Positions 16,307 to 25,167 of a DNA stretch of 64,000 bases are shown here, one piece after another. The position numbers and the translations under genes were made by a program. Origin of the DNA: Clostridiaceae bacterium BRH_c20a (GTDB lineage: Bacteria; Bacillota; Peptococcia; Peptococcales; BICA1-8); assembly GCA_000961765.1 (NCBI GenBank), contig LADT01000047.1, positions 16,172 through 80,171 of the forward strand, in the 5' to 3' direction. The notes beneath the pieces are model-generated. The model saw only the letters and a program-made list of their open reading frames with translations. It made no database searches and was not told where the DNA came from. Every line of letters starts with the position of its first letter. Position 1 is the first letter of the stretch.

Positions 16307-16903
16307 TCAGCTCCAATTAATCCCATCAGAACAAACTATATGTCCCATCAAATTCCAATCACTCATTAAACCAAGGACATAAAGGGTATAGGATCTCCCA
16401 CGTCTTAGTGTAAAATTTGGAACTTCCGTTAGGAGCTGTTTAGTACCGGAAATATAAACCTTTACTGTATAAGTGCCTGGGGTTACCGGATAATACTGAG
16501 TTGCCTCTTTGTACTCAATATCATTTACCATAATAAAGGCTCCATCTGTAAAGGTGAAATCTAAATCGGGGGAATCGGCTAAGTTTACAAATCTCAGAAA
16601 TGCTTTGGCAGTAGTTACTGGTACATGGGCGTCGGGGACAAGAAATAGGCTCATATCAGAATTCTGGCCTGAAGCGATAATAGTATGACAAGATGTATCC
16701 ATAAGCTTGGTATAAGCATTGAGAATAGGATAGTGTTTATTGCCGGATTTATAAACTTTTATACTATGGTCGCCAGAGTCAACATTGGTATAATCTGATA
16801 AATACTTATATGAACAATTATCTTTAAGAAGCTGGTTATTTGTATAAATGTCTAAACACCTTGGACCGGGACAAGCATTTAGAAACCTAACATTACAACC
16901 CAT
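16307..16903 (-). CDS. DUF4397 domain protein (likely sporulation-related)
   Basis: VRFLNACP.P..LDIY, LRFVNLA.DSPDLD, V.PGTYTV, G.SYTLYVLG: two DUF4397-type beta repeats. Confidence 0.75.
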   Translation of the reverse strand: MGCNVRFLNACPGPRCLDIYTNNQLLKDNCSYKYLSDYTNVDSGDHSIKVYKSGNKHYPILNAYTKLMDTSCHTIIASGQNSDMSLFLVPDAHVPVTTAKAFLRFVNLADSPDLDFTFTDGAFIMVNDIEYKEATQYYPVTPGTYTVKVYISGTKQLLTEVPNFTLRRGRSYTLYVLGLMSDWNLMGHIVCSDGINWS

Positions 16904-16934
16904 AAAAAATCACCCTTCCTCAAAATTTTCAGTA

Positions 16935-16963
16935 TAGAATATGCATAATTTAAAGGAAAGGTG
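16935..16963 (-). promoter_or_regulatory. Putative sigma-K (mother-cell) promoter for the DUF4397 gene
   Basis: Minus strand cAC-N17-CATA-ttc-TA, matching the Bacillus sigma-K consensus AC-N17-CATA-N3-TA, about 30 nt upstream of the start. Confidence 0.45.
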
Positions 16964-17130
16964 AAAAAAAGAAGTGGGGAATTAGTGGCTAGTTGTTAGT
17001 GGCTAGTGGCTAGTGATTGGTGACTGGTGAATATTAACTAGACTATGGTCTATGGTCTATGGTAATTACTTGCATGTCATTATCACGGGTTGCCCGCACC
17101 ACGATAAACGAAAGCATTCCCGTCACCTTA

Positions 17131-17163
17131 AGATCCTTCGGTCGTTCCTCCCTCAGGATGACA
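17131..17163. repeat. Half TGTCATCCTGAG-family element (reverse orientation)
   Basis: AGATCCTTCGGTCGTTCCTCCCTCAGGATGACA is the reverse complement of the left arm at 3229-3261 with few changes. Confidence 0.75.
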
Positions 17164-17283
17164 CAGCAATCACCAGCAGCTTTCATAGCAATGACATCTG
17201 GGATTGGTCTAGCGGGTATTTTATTATTAATCTAGCGAAGCGAAATCTTAATCTAACGGAACGAAGTGGAGTGCAATCTTATT

Positions 17284-17335
17284 GGGGACATTCCTGGCCC
17301 GAGAATGATGTCCCAAGCTCGGCAGGTGTGTCCCC
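17284..17335. repeat. GGGGAC family element (copy C, short)
   Basis: GGGGACATTCC ... GGTGTGTCCCC with a different 30-nt interior. Confidence 0.7.
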
Positions 17336-17367
17336 ATATCACAATATTGACAAAGGGTGCCCTTTTT

Positions 17368-18453
17368 TTATTCCCCGAAGGAAATACCTATCTGTTTTGC
17401 AGTACTAACCAATGGTCCTTTTGGGTCCACCAGCTTAATACCTTTTACTATTGATAATGGTACACTGGTAATATTGTTATTTACTAGTGCGACCATCTCC
17501 TGGAATTTACCCTGGTAAATCAATTCTACAGCCTTTGCACCTAGTTGGGTACAGTACACACGGTCAAAGCTATTAGGGGAGCCTCCCCTTTGTAAATGAC
17601 CTAAAATAGTTGCCCGGCATTCGATACTACTTGCATTTTCGATAGCTCTAACCAGCCAGTTACTTATGCCGCCAAGTTTGACCAAATCGATATCTGATTT
17701 AATGATATCTTTATAGATACTTTCACCTTCAAGGGTTTTTACTCCTTCAGCTACAATAATAAGGCTGAAATGCTTTCCTCTTTCGATTCTGTTAGTGATG
17801 GTATTAAGGATTCCTTCAATAGTATAGGATATTTCGGGGATTAAAATAATATCTGCTCCACCTGCTATCCCGGCATGAAGTGCAATCCAGCCGGCATCCC
17901 TGCCCATAACCTCTAAAATCATGACCCTGTGGTGGGATTCAGCTGTAGAATGGAGCCTATCTAAGGCATCAGTGGCTATATCAACAGCGCTGGAAAAACC
18001 GAAGGTCAAATCTGTACCAACAATGTCATTGTCAATAGTTTTCGGGACACCAACAATCTTAATGCCGGTTTTTTCTGCTATTTCATTGGCCATACGCATG
18101 GTGCCGTCACCACCGATAACAACTAAGGTGTCCAAGCCTAATGCCTGATAATTTTCTTTAATTATCCCCGACATATCACTATAGATCTTCTGCCCATTTA
18201 TGATTTGCTCATATCTCATAGGGTTGTCCCTATTTGTCGTACCTAAAATAGTGCCTCCTCGGATTAATATCCCTGAAACACTGTCATGGTTTAAAGAAAT
18301 GTATCGATTTTCAATTAGTCCCTTAAAACCATCGTTAAAGCCAAAAACCGTATCACCGTTAGAGATAGCCGTTCTGGTTACTGCCCTAATTACTGCATTT
18401 AAACCAGGACAATCACCACCACCGGTTAAAACACCTATTCGCAAATAAATCAC
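17368..18453 (-). CDS. pfkA: 6-phosphofructokinase (group III type, probably ATP-dependent)
   Basis: LTGGGDCPGLNAVIRA, GGTILGT, IGGDGT, VPKTIDNDI, EVMGRDAGWIAL, LGHLQRGG. Confidence 0.93.
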   Translation of the reverse strand: MIYLRIGVLTGGGDCPGLNAVIRAVTRTAISNGDTVFGFNDGFKGLIENRYISLNHDSVSGILIRGGTILGTTNRDNPMRYEQIINGQKIYSDMSGIIKENYQALGLDTLVVIGGDGTMRMANEIAEKTGIKIVGVPKTIDNDIVGTDLTFGFSSAVDIATDALDRLHSTAESHHRVMILEVMGRDAGWIALHAGIAGGADIILIPEISYTIEGILNTITNRIERGKHFSLIIVAEGVKTLEGESIYKDIIKSDIDLVKLGGISNWLVRAIENASSIECRATILGHLQRGGSPNSFDRVYCTQLGAKAVELIYQGKFQEMVALVNNNITSVPLSIVKGIKLVDPKGPLVSTAKQIGISFGE

Positions 18454-18773
18454 CGCCAGATAAGAAATTTGTATTTCTTATATATCATAACATTAAACTT
18501 AAGGTTATTTAAAACAAATAAGTAGAGATCCTTCAATAAGGCGTTCTACAGTAACTTTTAGGCCCATGTAGGACAATCCCCATCAGGCAAATGTAAGTTC
18601 TCCGATTGTCATACAATTTGCACTGTGAAATATTATGGAAAATATTAAGCCTCATAGTTATTACTAGTAAAGAGGTTAGAACATTTGAGGTTAAGATAAA
18701 AGTTAGTATAAAAATACAAATAATACCCAAAAATAACCCATGGAGTTACATAGTTAAATGGGGGGTAAGCTTA

Positions 18774-19298
18774 GTGGAAATAGAGATTAAGAAAAATAAT
18801 AAAGAAAAATATATGCAGCTGGATAGGGTCATAGAAAGATATAAACAACAAGAGGGCATGTTAATTCGCATATTACAAAAGGCCCAGGAGATATTTGGGC
18901 ATCTACCCATAGAAGTTCAGTCCTATGTATCAGATAGGCTTGACATCCCTATTTCGACTGTGAACGGTGTAGTAAGCTTTTATTCTCTATTTTCCGAAGA
19001 ACCACAGGGTAAGTACACAATTAATGTTTGTATGGGAACAGCTTGTTATGTAAAGGGTTCCCAGGAGATTTTAAAAACTATTGAAGAGGAACTTCATATT
19101 AGAGAAGGGGAAACAACTTTAGATAAATTGTTTACTATAAAAGTTACCAGATGTATTGGAGCTTGTGGTTTAGCACCAGTTATTACTATAAATGAAAAGG
19201 TTTATGGACGCTTAAGTCCATCGGATATCCCCGGTATTTTGCATACATATATCAAGACTAATAAAAAAGCAGCTATTGGTGAAGAGGTGAAAGCATGA
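18774..19298 (+). CDS. hydC: [FeFe]-hydrogenase NuoE-like 2Fe-2S subunit
   Basis: VCMGTACYVKG and TRCIGACGLAP motifs; GTG at 18774 with GGGGG RBS preferred over the ORF-track start at 18606. Confidence 0.88.
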   Translation: MEIEIKKNNKEKYMQLDRVIERYKQQEGMLIRILQKAQEIFGHLPIEVQSYVSDRLDIPISTVNGVVSFYSLFSEEPQGKYTINVCMGTACYVKGSQEILKTIEEELHIREGETTLDKLFTIKVTRCIGACGLAPVITINEKVYGRLSPSDIPGILHTYIKTNKKAAIGEEVKA

Positions 19299-21193
19299 AT
19301 TTATCACCAATAAAAACATACGGTGCGCTTAAAGAATTACGATCTAGTTTTAGTAATCAAATTTCTATTAGGGCTGGTGATAAATCAGTTGAAAATGAAA
19401 TAACAAAGTATCATATACTTGTTTGTTCTGGTACAGGTTGTACTTCTACTGAAAGTAATGAGGTTAGAAAAAAACTAGAGAAAGAGTTAAAGAAAAGAAA
19501 TCTTGATGATAAAGTTAAGGTATTTAAAACAGGTTGTTTTGGTTTTTGCAAACTAGGCCCTATAATAGCTATTCATCCTGAACATACGCTTTATTGTAAA
19601 GTGGGACTTGAAAATGTAGACGAGATTCTAGAAAGACATATTAAGCATGGCGAAATTTTAAAAGAGCTTTTATATAAGTCGCCTAAGACAGGGCAATATC
19701 AGAGAAATATTAATGATATTGATTTTTTTAACAGTCAAAGAAGAATTGCTTTGCGCAACTGTGGTGTTATAAATCCGGAAGATATACGGGAATATATTGC
19801 AGTTGGTGGGTATAGTGTTTTAGCCCAAATGCTAAATAATAAAACACCTGCTCAAGAAATCGTTGAAAGTTTAAAAAAATCTGGACTTAGGGGTCGCGGA
19901 GGAGGCGGTTATCTTACTGGTAAGAAGTGGGAGCTTGCCCTATCCTACGAAGGTGATAAAAAATATGTTTTGTGTAACGCTGATGAAGGAGACCCAGGTG
20001 CATTTATGGATAGGTCTATATTGGAAGGTGACCCCCATAGTGTAATTGAAGCTATGATTATTGCAGGCTATTGTATTGGAGCGGATCAGGGTTATGTATA
20101 TGTCAGAGCTGAGTATCCGATTGCCGTGGAAAGATTAGAAATTGCTATTGAGCAAGCAAAAAAAATGGGGCTATTAGGCAATAATATTCTTGGCTCAGAT
20201 TTTAGTTTTGACTTGGACATTAGATTAGGTGCTGGGGCATTTGTTTGCGGCGAAGAAACAGCCCTTATAAAGTCCGTAATGGGATTTAGAGGTGAGCCTA
20301 ATCCAAGACCTCCATTCCCGGCTGAAGCAGGCTTATGGGAAAAGCCTACTCTTAACAACAATGTAGAGACCTATGCTAATATTCCTATAATATTACAAAA
20401 GGGAGCAGATTGGTTTGTAAATATAGGAACTGAAAAAAGCAAGGGAACAAAGGTATTTGCTTTAGCCGGTCAGATTAATAATACTGGACTGATAGAAGTC
20501 CCAATGGGTACAAGCTTAAGAACAATAATTTACGATATTGGCGGGGGAATACATGATAATAAAGAGTTTAAAGCAGTTCAAACAGGAGGACCTTCTGGTG
20601 GTTGTATTCCCAAGTCAATGCTGGATATAAAAATAGATTTCGAATCTTTAGCAGATGTTGGTTCCATGATGGGTTCTGGTGGCATGATTGTCATGGATGA
20701 GACAGATTGTATGGTTGATATTGCACGGTTTTATTTAGAATTTGCTCAACATGAGTCCTGTGGTAAATGTGTCCCTTGTAGTATAGGCACAAAACGTATT
20801 CTTGAAATTCTAGAAAGAATAACAAAAGGTAAAGGGAAAATGGAAGACCTGCAAATTCTTGAAGATTTGTGTCTAGACGTCAAAGACTCGTCCCTTTGTG
20901 GACTTGGACAAACCGCACCTAATCCGGTTTTAAGTACATTACAATATTTTAAAGATGAATATATAGCCCATATAAAAGATAAAACCTGTCCAGCGGGGGT
21001 ATGTAACAGCCTATTAAAAGTTGTTATTTCTGATGAAAAGTGTATTGCTTGTGGAATTTGTGCTAGGATTTGTCCTGTTAATGCCATTACAGGGGAACAT
21101 AAAAAGCCACCTTTTAAGATACATCAAGAGGTCTGTATAAAGTGTGGTAACTGTATTCAGAAGTGTCCGGTAGACGCAATTTATAAGAGATAA
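19295..21193 (+). CDS. hydB: [FeFe]-hydrogenase NuoF-like NADH/FMN subunit with N-terminal 2Fe-2S and C-terminal 2x[4Fe-4S]
   Basis: CSGTGC/GCFGFC, GLRGRGG, NADEGDPGAFMDR, GAGAFVCGEETAL, GGPSGG, ESCGKCVPC, two CxxCxxCxxxC ferredoxin motifs. Confidence 0.93.
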   Translation: MNLSPIKTYGALKELRSSFSNQISIRAGDKSVENEITKYHILVCSGTGCTSTESNEVRKKLEKELKKRNLDDKVKVFKTGCFGFCKLGPIIAIHPEHTLYCKVGLENVDEILERHIKHGEILKELLYKSPKTGQYQRNINDIDFFNSQRRIALRNCGVINPEDIREYIAVGGYSVLAQMLNNKTPAQEIVESLKKSGLRGRGGGGYLTGKKWELALSYEGDKKYVLCNADEGDPGAFMDRSILEGDPHSVIEAMIIAGYCIGADQGYVYVRAEYPIAVERLEIAIEQAKKMGLLGNNILGSDFSFDLDIRLGAGAFVCGEETALIKSVMGFRGEPNPRPPFPAEAGLWEKPTLNNNVETYANIPIILQKGADWFVNIGTEKSKGTKVFALAGQINNTGLIEVPMGTSLRTIIYDIGGGIHDNKEFKAVQTGGPSGGCIPKSMLDIKIDFESLADVGSMMGSGGMIVMDETDCMVDIARFYLEFAQHESCGKCVPCSIGTKRILEILERITKGKGKMEDLQILEDLCLDVKDSSLCGLGQTAPNPVLSTLQYFKDEYIAHIKDKTCPAGVCNSLLKVVISDEKCIACGICARICPVNAITGEHKKPPFKIHQEVCIKCGNCIQKCPVDAIYKR

Positions 21194-21209
21194 AGGCAGG
21201 TGAATTAAT

Positions 21210-23018
21210 ATGGAAAACATCAGAGAACAGGAAGAAATTAAAGCTCTGGGAAAAAAAGTAAAAATAGATATTGATGGATTAGAATATGAGGTACCAGAAG
21301 GTATGACAATTTTAGAAGCGGCCCGCATGTTTAATATTGAAATACCTAGCCTTTGTTATTTGAAGGATATAAATGAAATTGGCTCCTGTCGTGTTTGTGT
21401 AGTAGAAATTGAAGGAAGTAGAAACCTTCAAGCTTCTTGTGTGTACCCTGTAAGGGAAGGTTTGAAAATAAATACTAATACTAAAAGGGTACATAGAGCC
21501 AGAAGAAGTGCTGTTACACTATTATTGTCTAATCATCATAGAGAATGCACAACTTGTATAAGAAACCTAAATTGTGAGCTGCAAAACTTAGCCGATAATT
21601 TAGGAATAAGAAATATTCCTTATTCCGGGGAAATGCCTGATTATGGTTTTCATGACAATAATCCAGCCATCCAAAGAGATTATAATAAATGTATAAAATG
21701 CAGACGTTGTCTGGCTATCTGTAGTAAAATTCAGGAATGTAATGTTTACACAGCCTTAAACAGAGGATTACAGACAGTAATAGCTCCTGCCTTTAAGAAA
21801 GATATGAATGATGTAACATGTATCATGTGTGGGCAATGTGTTATTGCTTGTCCTACAGCATCACTCACCGAAAAAGAAAGTATTAATGAAGTATGGCAAG
21901 CTCTTAATGACCCTGCCAAGCATGTAGTAGTACAAACAGCTCCTTCTATTCAAGTTACAATCGGTGAAGTCTTCGGTATGCCCCTAGGGTCATTTGTAGC
22001 AGGCAAGCTAGTAGCTTCTTTAAAAAGAATTGGATTTCATAAAGTGTTTGCAACAGATGTTACTGCTGATTTAACAATAATGGAAGAAGCCCATGAGTTG
22101 GTAGAAAGATTATTTAAAACTCCTGAAAAGCTCCCACTACTTTCCTCCTGTTGTCCTGCCTGGGTCAAGTATGCAGAGCATTTTTATCCTGAGTTTTTGC
22201 CACATTTATCATCTTGTAAATCTCCCCATGAAATGTGTGGAGCTCTAACGAAATCTTGGTATGCAAATAAATATGGACTTGATCCAAAAAATATTATTAA
22301 TGTTGCTATCATGCCATGTACAGCAAAAAAATATGAAGCGGCACGGCCTGAGATGGGAACAAAAGATTTTCAAGATGTGGATTATGTGCTAACCACACGG
22401 GAATTAGCCAGAATGATACGTCAAGTAGGTATGGATTTTAAAAAGCTGCCAGATGAGGAATATGATGAACCTTTTGACCAATATAGCGGTGCGGGAGTGA
22501 TTTTTGGTGCAACTGGTGGAGTTATTGAAGCCGCTGTACGTACAGCTTATAAAATAGTAAATGAGCAAGAAATGGATGTTCCGGATTTTGAGGACGCCAG
22601 AGGACAACGAGGGCTAAAATATGCTAAAGTTTCTCTTGATGGCAAAACAATAACTGTAGCAATAGCTCATGGTACAGGAAATGCTAAAAAAGCATTAGAA
22701 ATGTTTAAAAATGGAGAAAGAATATTTGATTATATCGAGGTTATGGGGTGCCCAGGAGGTTGTGTAGGTGGAGGCGGTCAGCCCATACTTAGTGCAAGGG
22801 ATTATAAGAAGATCTCTTTAGATTATCGGCATAACAGAGCAGATGCTTTATATAATGTGGATGATACTAAAAAAATTAGAAGATCCCATGAAAACCCAAG
22901 GGTTAAACAAATTTATGAAGAATTTTTAGAAAGACCACTATCTGAAACAGCAAATAAATATTTACATACAACGTATATAAAAAGAGGCAAGTTCCCATAT
23001 TTGGAATCCGAAACCTAG
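21210..23018 (+). CDS. hydA: [FeFe]-hydrogenase catalytic subunit (group A3, probably electron-bifurcating HydABC)
   Basis: H-cluster motifs SSCCPAW, MPCTAKKYE, EVMGCPGGCVGGGGQP; N-terminal 2Fe-2S, HxxxCxxCxxxxxC and 2x[4Fe-4S]. Confidence 0.95.
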   Translation: MENIREQEEIKALGKKVKIDIDGLEYEVPEGMTILEAARMFNIEIPSLCYLKDINEIGSCRVCVVEIEGSRNLQASCVYPVREGLKINTNTKRVHRARRSAVTLLLSNHHRECTTCIRNLNCELQNLADNLGIRNIPYSGEMPDYGFHDNNPAIQRDYNKCIKCRRCLAICSKIQECNVYTALNRGLQTVIAPAFKKDMNDVTCIMCGQCVIACPTASLTEKESINEVWQALNDPAKHVVVQTAPSIQVTIGEVFGMPLGSFVAGKLVASLKRIGFHKVFATDVTADLTIMEEAHELVERLFKTPEKLPLLSSCCPAWVKYAEHFYPEFLPHLSSCKSPHEMCGALTKSWYANKYGLDPKNIINVAIMPCTAKKYEAARPEMGTKDFQDVDYVLTTRELARMIRQVGMDFKKLPDEEYDEPFDQYSGAGVIFGATGGVIEAAVRTAYKIVNEQEMDVPDFEDARGQRGLKYAKVSLDGKTITVAIAHGTGNAKKALEMFKNGERIFDYIEVMGCPGGCVGGGGQPILSARDYKKISLDYRHNRADALYNVDDTKKIRRSHENPRVKQIYEEFLERPLSETANKYLHTTYIKRGKFPYLESET

Positions 23019-23120
23019 TTTTTTTAAACTTTAAATGAAGGTGTTTCATGGAGATAAGCCTGTAGCTTTCCATATTCATATATGTTTAAGCATGGCAATT
23101 TTCTTCTACAGAGTAAGAGT

Positions 23121-23570
23121 CTATATATATTTTTTGCTTGATATAAAACTTTTCTGATTATCCTTAAACCAGAGCAAATGGAGTTCTTCATCTATCATGT
23201 TATGCCATAGTCTTCTGTTGAAATTTGGGTCATCCCAGGTTTCTAGAATAAAGGCGTGATACATTTCAATTGCTTTGGTTTCCACTGCTGCTCCAAGTTT
23301 GTAGCGGTTTTCTGCTGAGGTTAAGTCTAAAGATTTACCTATGAACTTTCCTGCCAGAGCCATAAGACCTCCAGGAATTGTTGGGATGTCAATATTGTTT
23401 TCAATTAGGTAATTCTTATAAAATTCAACATGCCCCTGCTCTAGTTCTATCATACGCTCATAAGCATGACGAACATAATCATTTTCCAGACTGTCCAGCT
23501 GTGTTTCATACATTTTAAGTTGAAGTAGCTCTAAAAGATAGAATTCTTTTACTCTTAGTATTAAGTCCAT
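23121..23570 (-). CDS. Ferritin-like (di-iron four-helix) protein
   Basis: E..Q..MY, E.GH, E..AI.MY, DEELH ligand pattern; paralogue at 31349-31807. Confidence 0.75.
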   Translation of the reverse strand: MDLILRVKEFYLLELLQLKMYETQLDSLENDYVRHAYERMIELEQGHVEFYKNYLIENNIDIPTIPGGLMALAGKFIGKSLDLTSAENRYKLGAAVETKAIEMYHAFILETWDDPNFNRRLWHNMIDEELHLLWFKDNQKSFISSKKYI

Positions 23571-23596
23571 AAAAACCTTTTCCTCTCTATAGTTTA

Positions 23597-24037
23597 CTAA
23601 AATTCTGGTCTAAATATTAATAAAATAAGAGCTGTAACCAATCCCCAAATTAAATGTGTTATTAAATCAACTATTGTCTCATTAAAGGTTCTATAAATAA
23701 AGGGCCTGGAAGAAACCATATTGGGGATGATTGCAATATGAACAATCCAGGTTGCAACTCCTAGACCCAATCCTTTTATTAGGGCATAATCATACCCGGA
23801 AATTATTAAAAAAACTGCTAAAGGTACACCAAAAATTCCCCCTGCCAATAGATGGATAAATTCGCCGAGCAAAAGTTTTCTTAATGATACTTCTGCATGG
23901 GGGAAAATTAATTGTGAGAGATAATGGCCAGTTGTTGATGTGGCAACTTTTGCCCAGACAAAAATCCAATGGACTATAACGTCACCGATAGTTCCCAGTA
24001 ACCCTCCCAGAAAGCCAGCGATGACAAAATCGTCCAT
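23597..24037 (-). CDS. Small membrane protein (about 4 TM)
   Basis: 146 aa, hydrophobic helices, H..AGG.FG and H..WG motifs; GGAGG RBS. Confidence 0.65.
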   Translation of the reverse strand: MDDFVIAGFLGGLLGTIGDVIVHWIFVWAKVATSTTGHYLSQLIFPHAEVSLRKLLLGEFIHLLAGGIFGVPLAVFLIISGYDYALIKGLGLGVATWIVHIAIIPNMVSSRPFIYRTFNETIVDLITHLIWGLVTALILLIFRPEF

Positions 24038-24114
24038 AAAAATTACCTCCGTTAGCTAATTTGTATTAGTATTATTAACTGATTAATGATACTTTATTCT
24101 ACTGGGGACGGTTC

Positions 24115-24143
24115 TTGACTTGCGCAAAAAACCAATATAAAAT
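24115..24143 (+). promoter_or_regulatory. Sigma-A promoter of the RAYT gene; -35 box inside the left inverted repeat
   Basis: TTGACT-N17-TAAAAT. Confidence 0.6.
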
Positions 24144-24183
24144 AAAGTTAATTATAAAGTTTATACTATGAGGAGTGGAACAA

Positions 24184-25008
24184 ATGCCGAGAATAGCCAG
24201 AGTAAAGGAAGAGTTTAGTACTTACCATATTATTGTACGGGGAAATGAAAGAAGGAATATTTTTTTTGACGATGCTGATAGAGAAATGTACATAGATATT
24301 TTAAATAGAATGAAAAACAAATACAATTTTAAGCTTTATTCCTATTGTCTTATGGATAATCATGTTCACTTAGTCATAAATGATAACGGTAACGACATAT
24401 CCCAAATTATGAAGAGTATTAGCATCAGCTATGTAATTCTTATTAACCGGAAATACCAACGGACAGGTCATTTATTTCAGGATCGGTTTAAAAGTAGGCT
24501 AATAGATAGTGAAGAGTACTTGCTAGAGGTAAGTAAATATATACATAATAATCCGGTAAAGATTGGTATCTCGGCAAGACCTGAAGACTATCGGTGGAGT
24601 AGTTATACTATTATCATACGGGGGGCTGGGGATGAGGGATTAGTTGATGGCTCAAAGATACTTGGAATAATATCTAAAAAGAAAGAATATGCCATTAAAG
24701 AGTATAAAAGATATGTGAATAAGCAGGAATATGATACTGAAGCTATAATCATGACGGAGTATGGTAACTTTTCCCCAGGAAAAGAGAATAGGATTGTAAT
24801 TATTAATAAGCAGCAAGCCCAAGAAAAGCTGAAAGCAATGGCTGAAGAAATAGGCATTTCAATGGAAGAACTAATTAGCAATCAAGAGGCCCGGGACAGG
24901 GCGATAGGAATGATAAGGGAGAACTCAATATTAACCTTAAAGGAAATTGGGGAGATTGTTGGCGGGATAAGTGAATCCCGGGTGAGTAGGATTTTAAAGA
25001 AAACCTAG
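24184..25008 (+). CDS. REP-associated tyrosine transposase (Y1 HUH, IS200-like) with C-terminal HTH
   Basis: MPRIAR, YHIIVRGN, YCLMDNHVHL (HUH), GHLFQDRFKS, YIHNNP, YRWSSY; ATG 24184 has GAGGAG RBS. Confidence 0.9.
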   Translation: MPRIARVKEEFSTYHIIVRGNERRNIFFDDADREMYIDILNRMKNKYNFKLYSYCLMDNHVHLVINDNGNDISQIMKSISISYVILINRKYQRTGHLFQDRFKSRLIDSEEYLLEVSKYIHNNPVKIGISARPEDYRWSSYTIIIRGAGDEGLVDGSKILGIISKKKEYAIKEYKRYVNKQEYDTEAIIMTEYGNFSPGKENRIVIINKQQAQEKLKAMAEEIGISMEELISNQEARDRAIGMIRENSILTLKEIGEIVGGISESRVSRILKKT

Positions 25009-25167
25009 GGCAAGGCAAGAACCGTCCCTAACTTTTATAAGTTAAAGTTTAATTCATAGATTTCTTAAATTTTTAAAGGGATTTGTGTAATAATTAGTAT
25101 AATTTACAAAAAAAACATTATTTTTAGGAGTTTAATCTAAAATAATGTTAATGAGAGGAGAAACAAA

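Larger units (their letters stand above)
24105..25028 (+). mobile_element. RAYT element bounded by 19-bp inverted repeats
   Basis: GGGACGGTTCTTGACTTGC (24105-24123) and GCAAGGCAAGAACCGTCCC (25010-25028), 18/19 complementary, enclose only the transposase gene. Confidence 0.7.

Noticed and set aside
17052-17454. ORFs 17052-17408 and 17266-17454 (+)
   Set aside because: They span the repeat cassette and overlap the pfkA 3' end on the opposite strand.
18606-18773. 56-codon N-terminal extension of HydC in the ORF track
   Set aside because: No RBS at 18606, non-homologous sequence, and a good RBS plus GTG at 18774.
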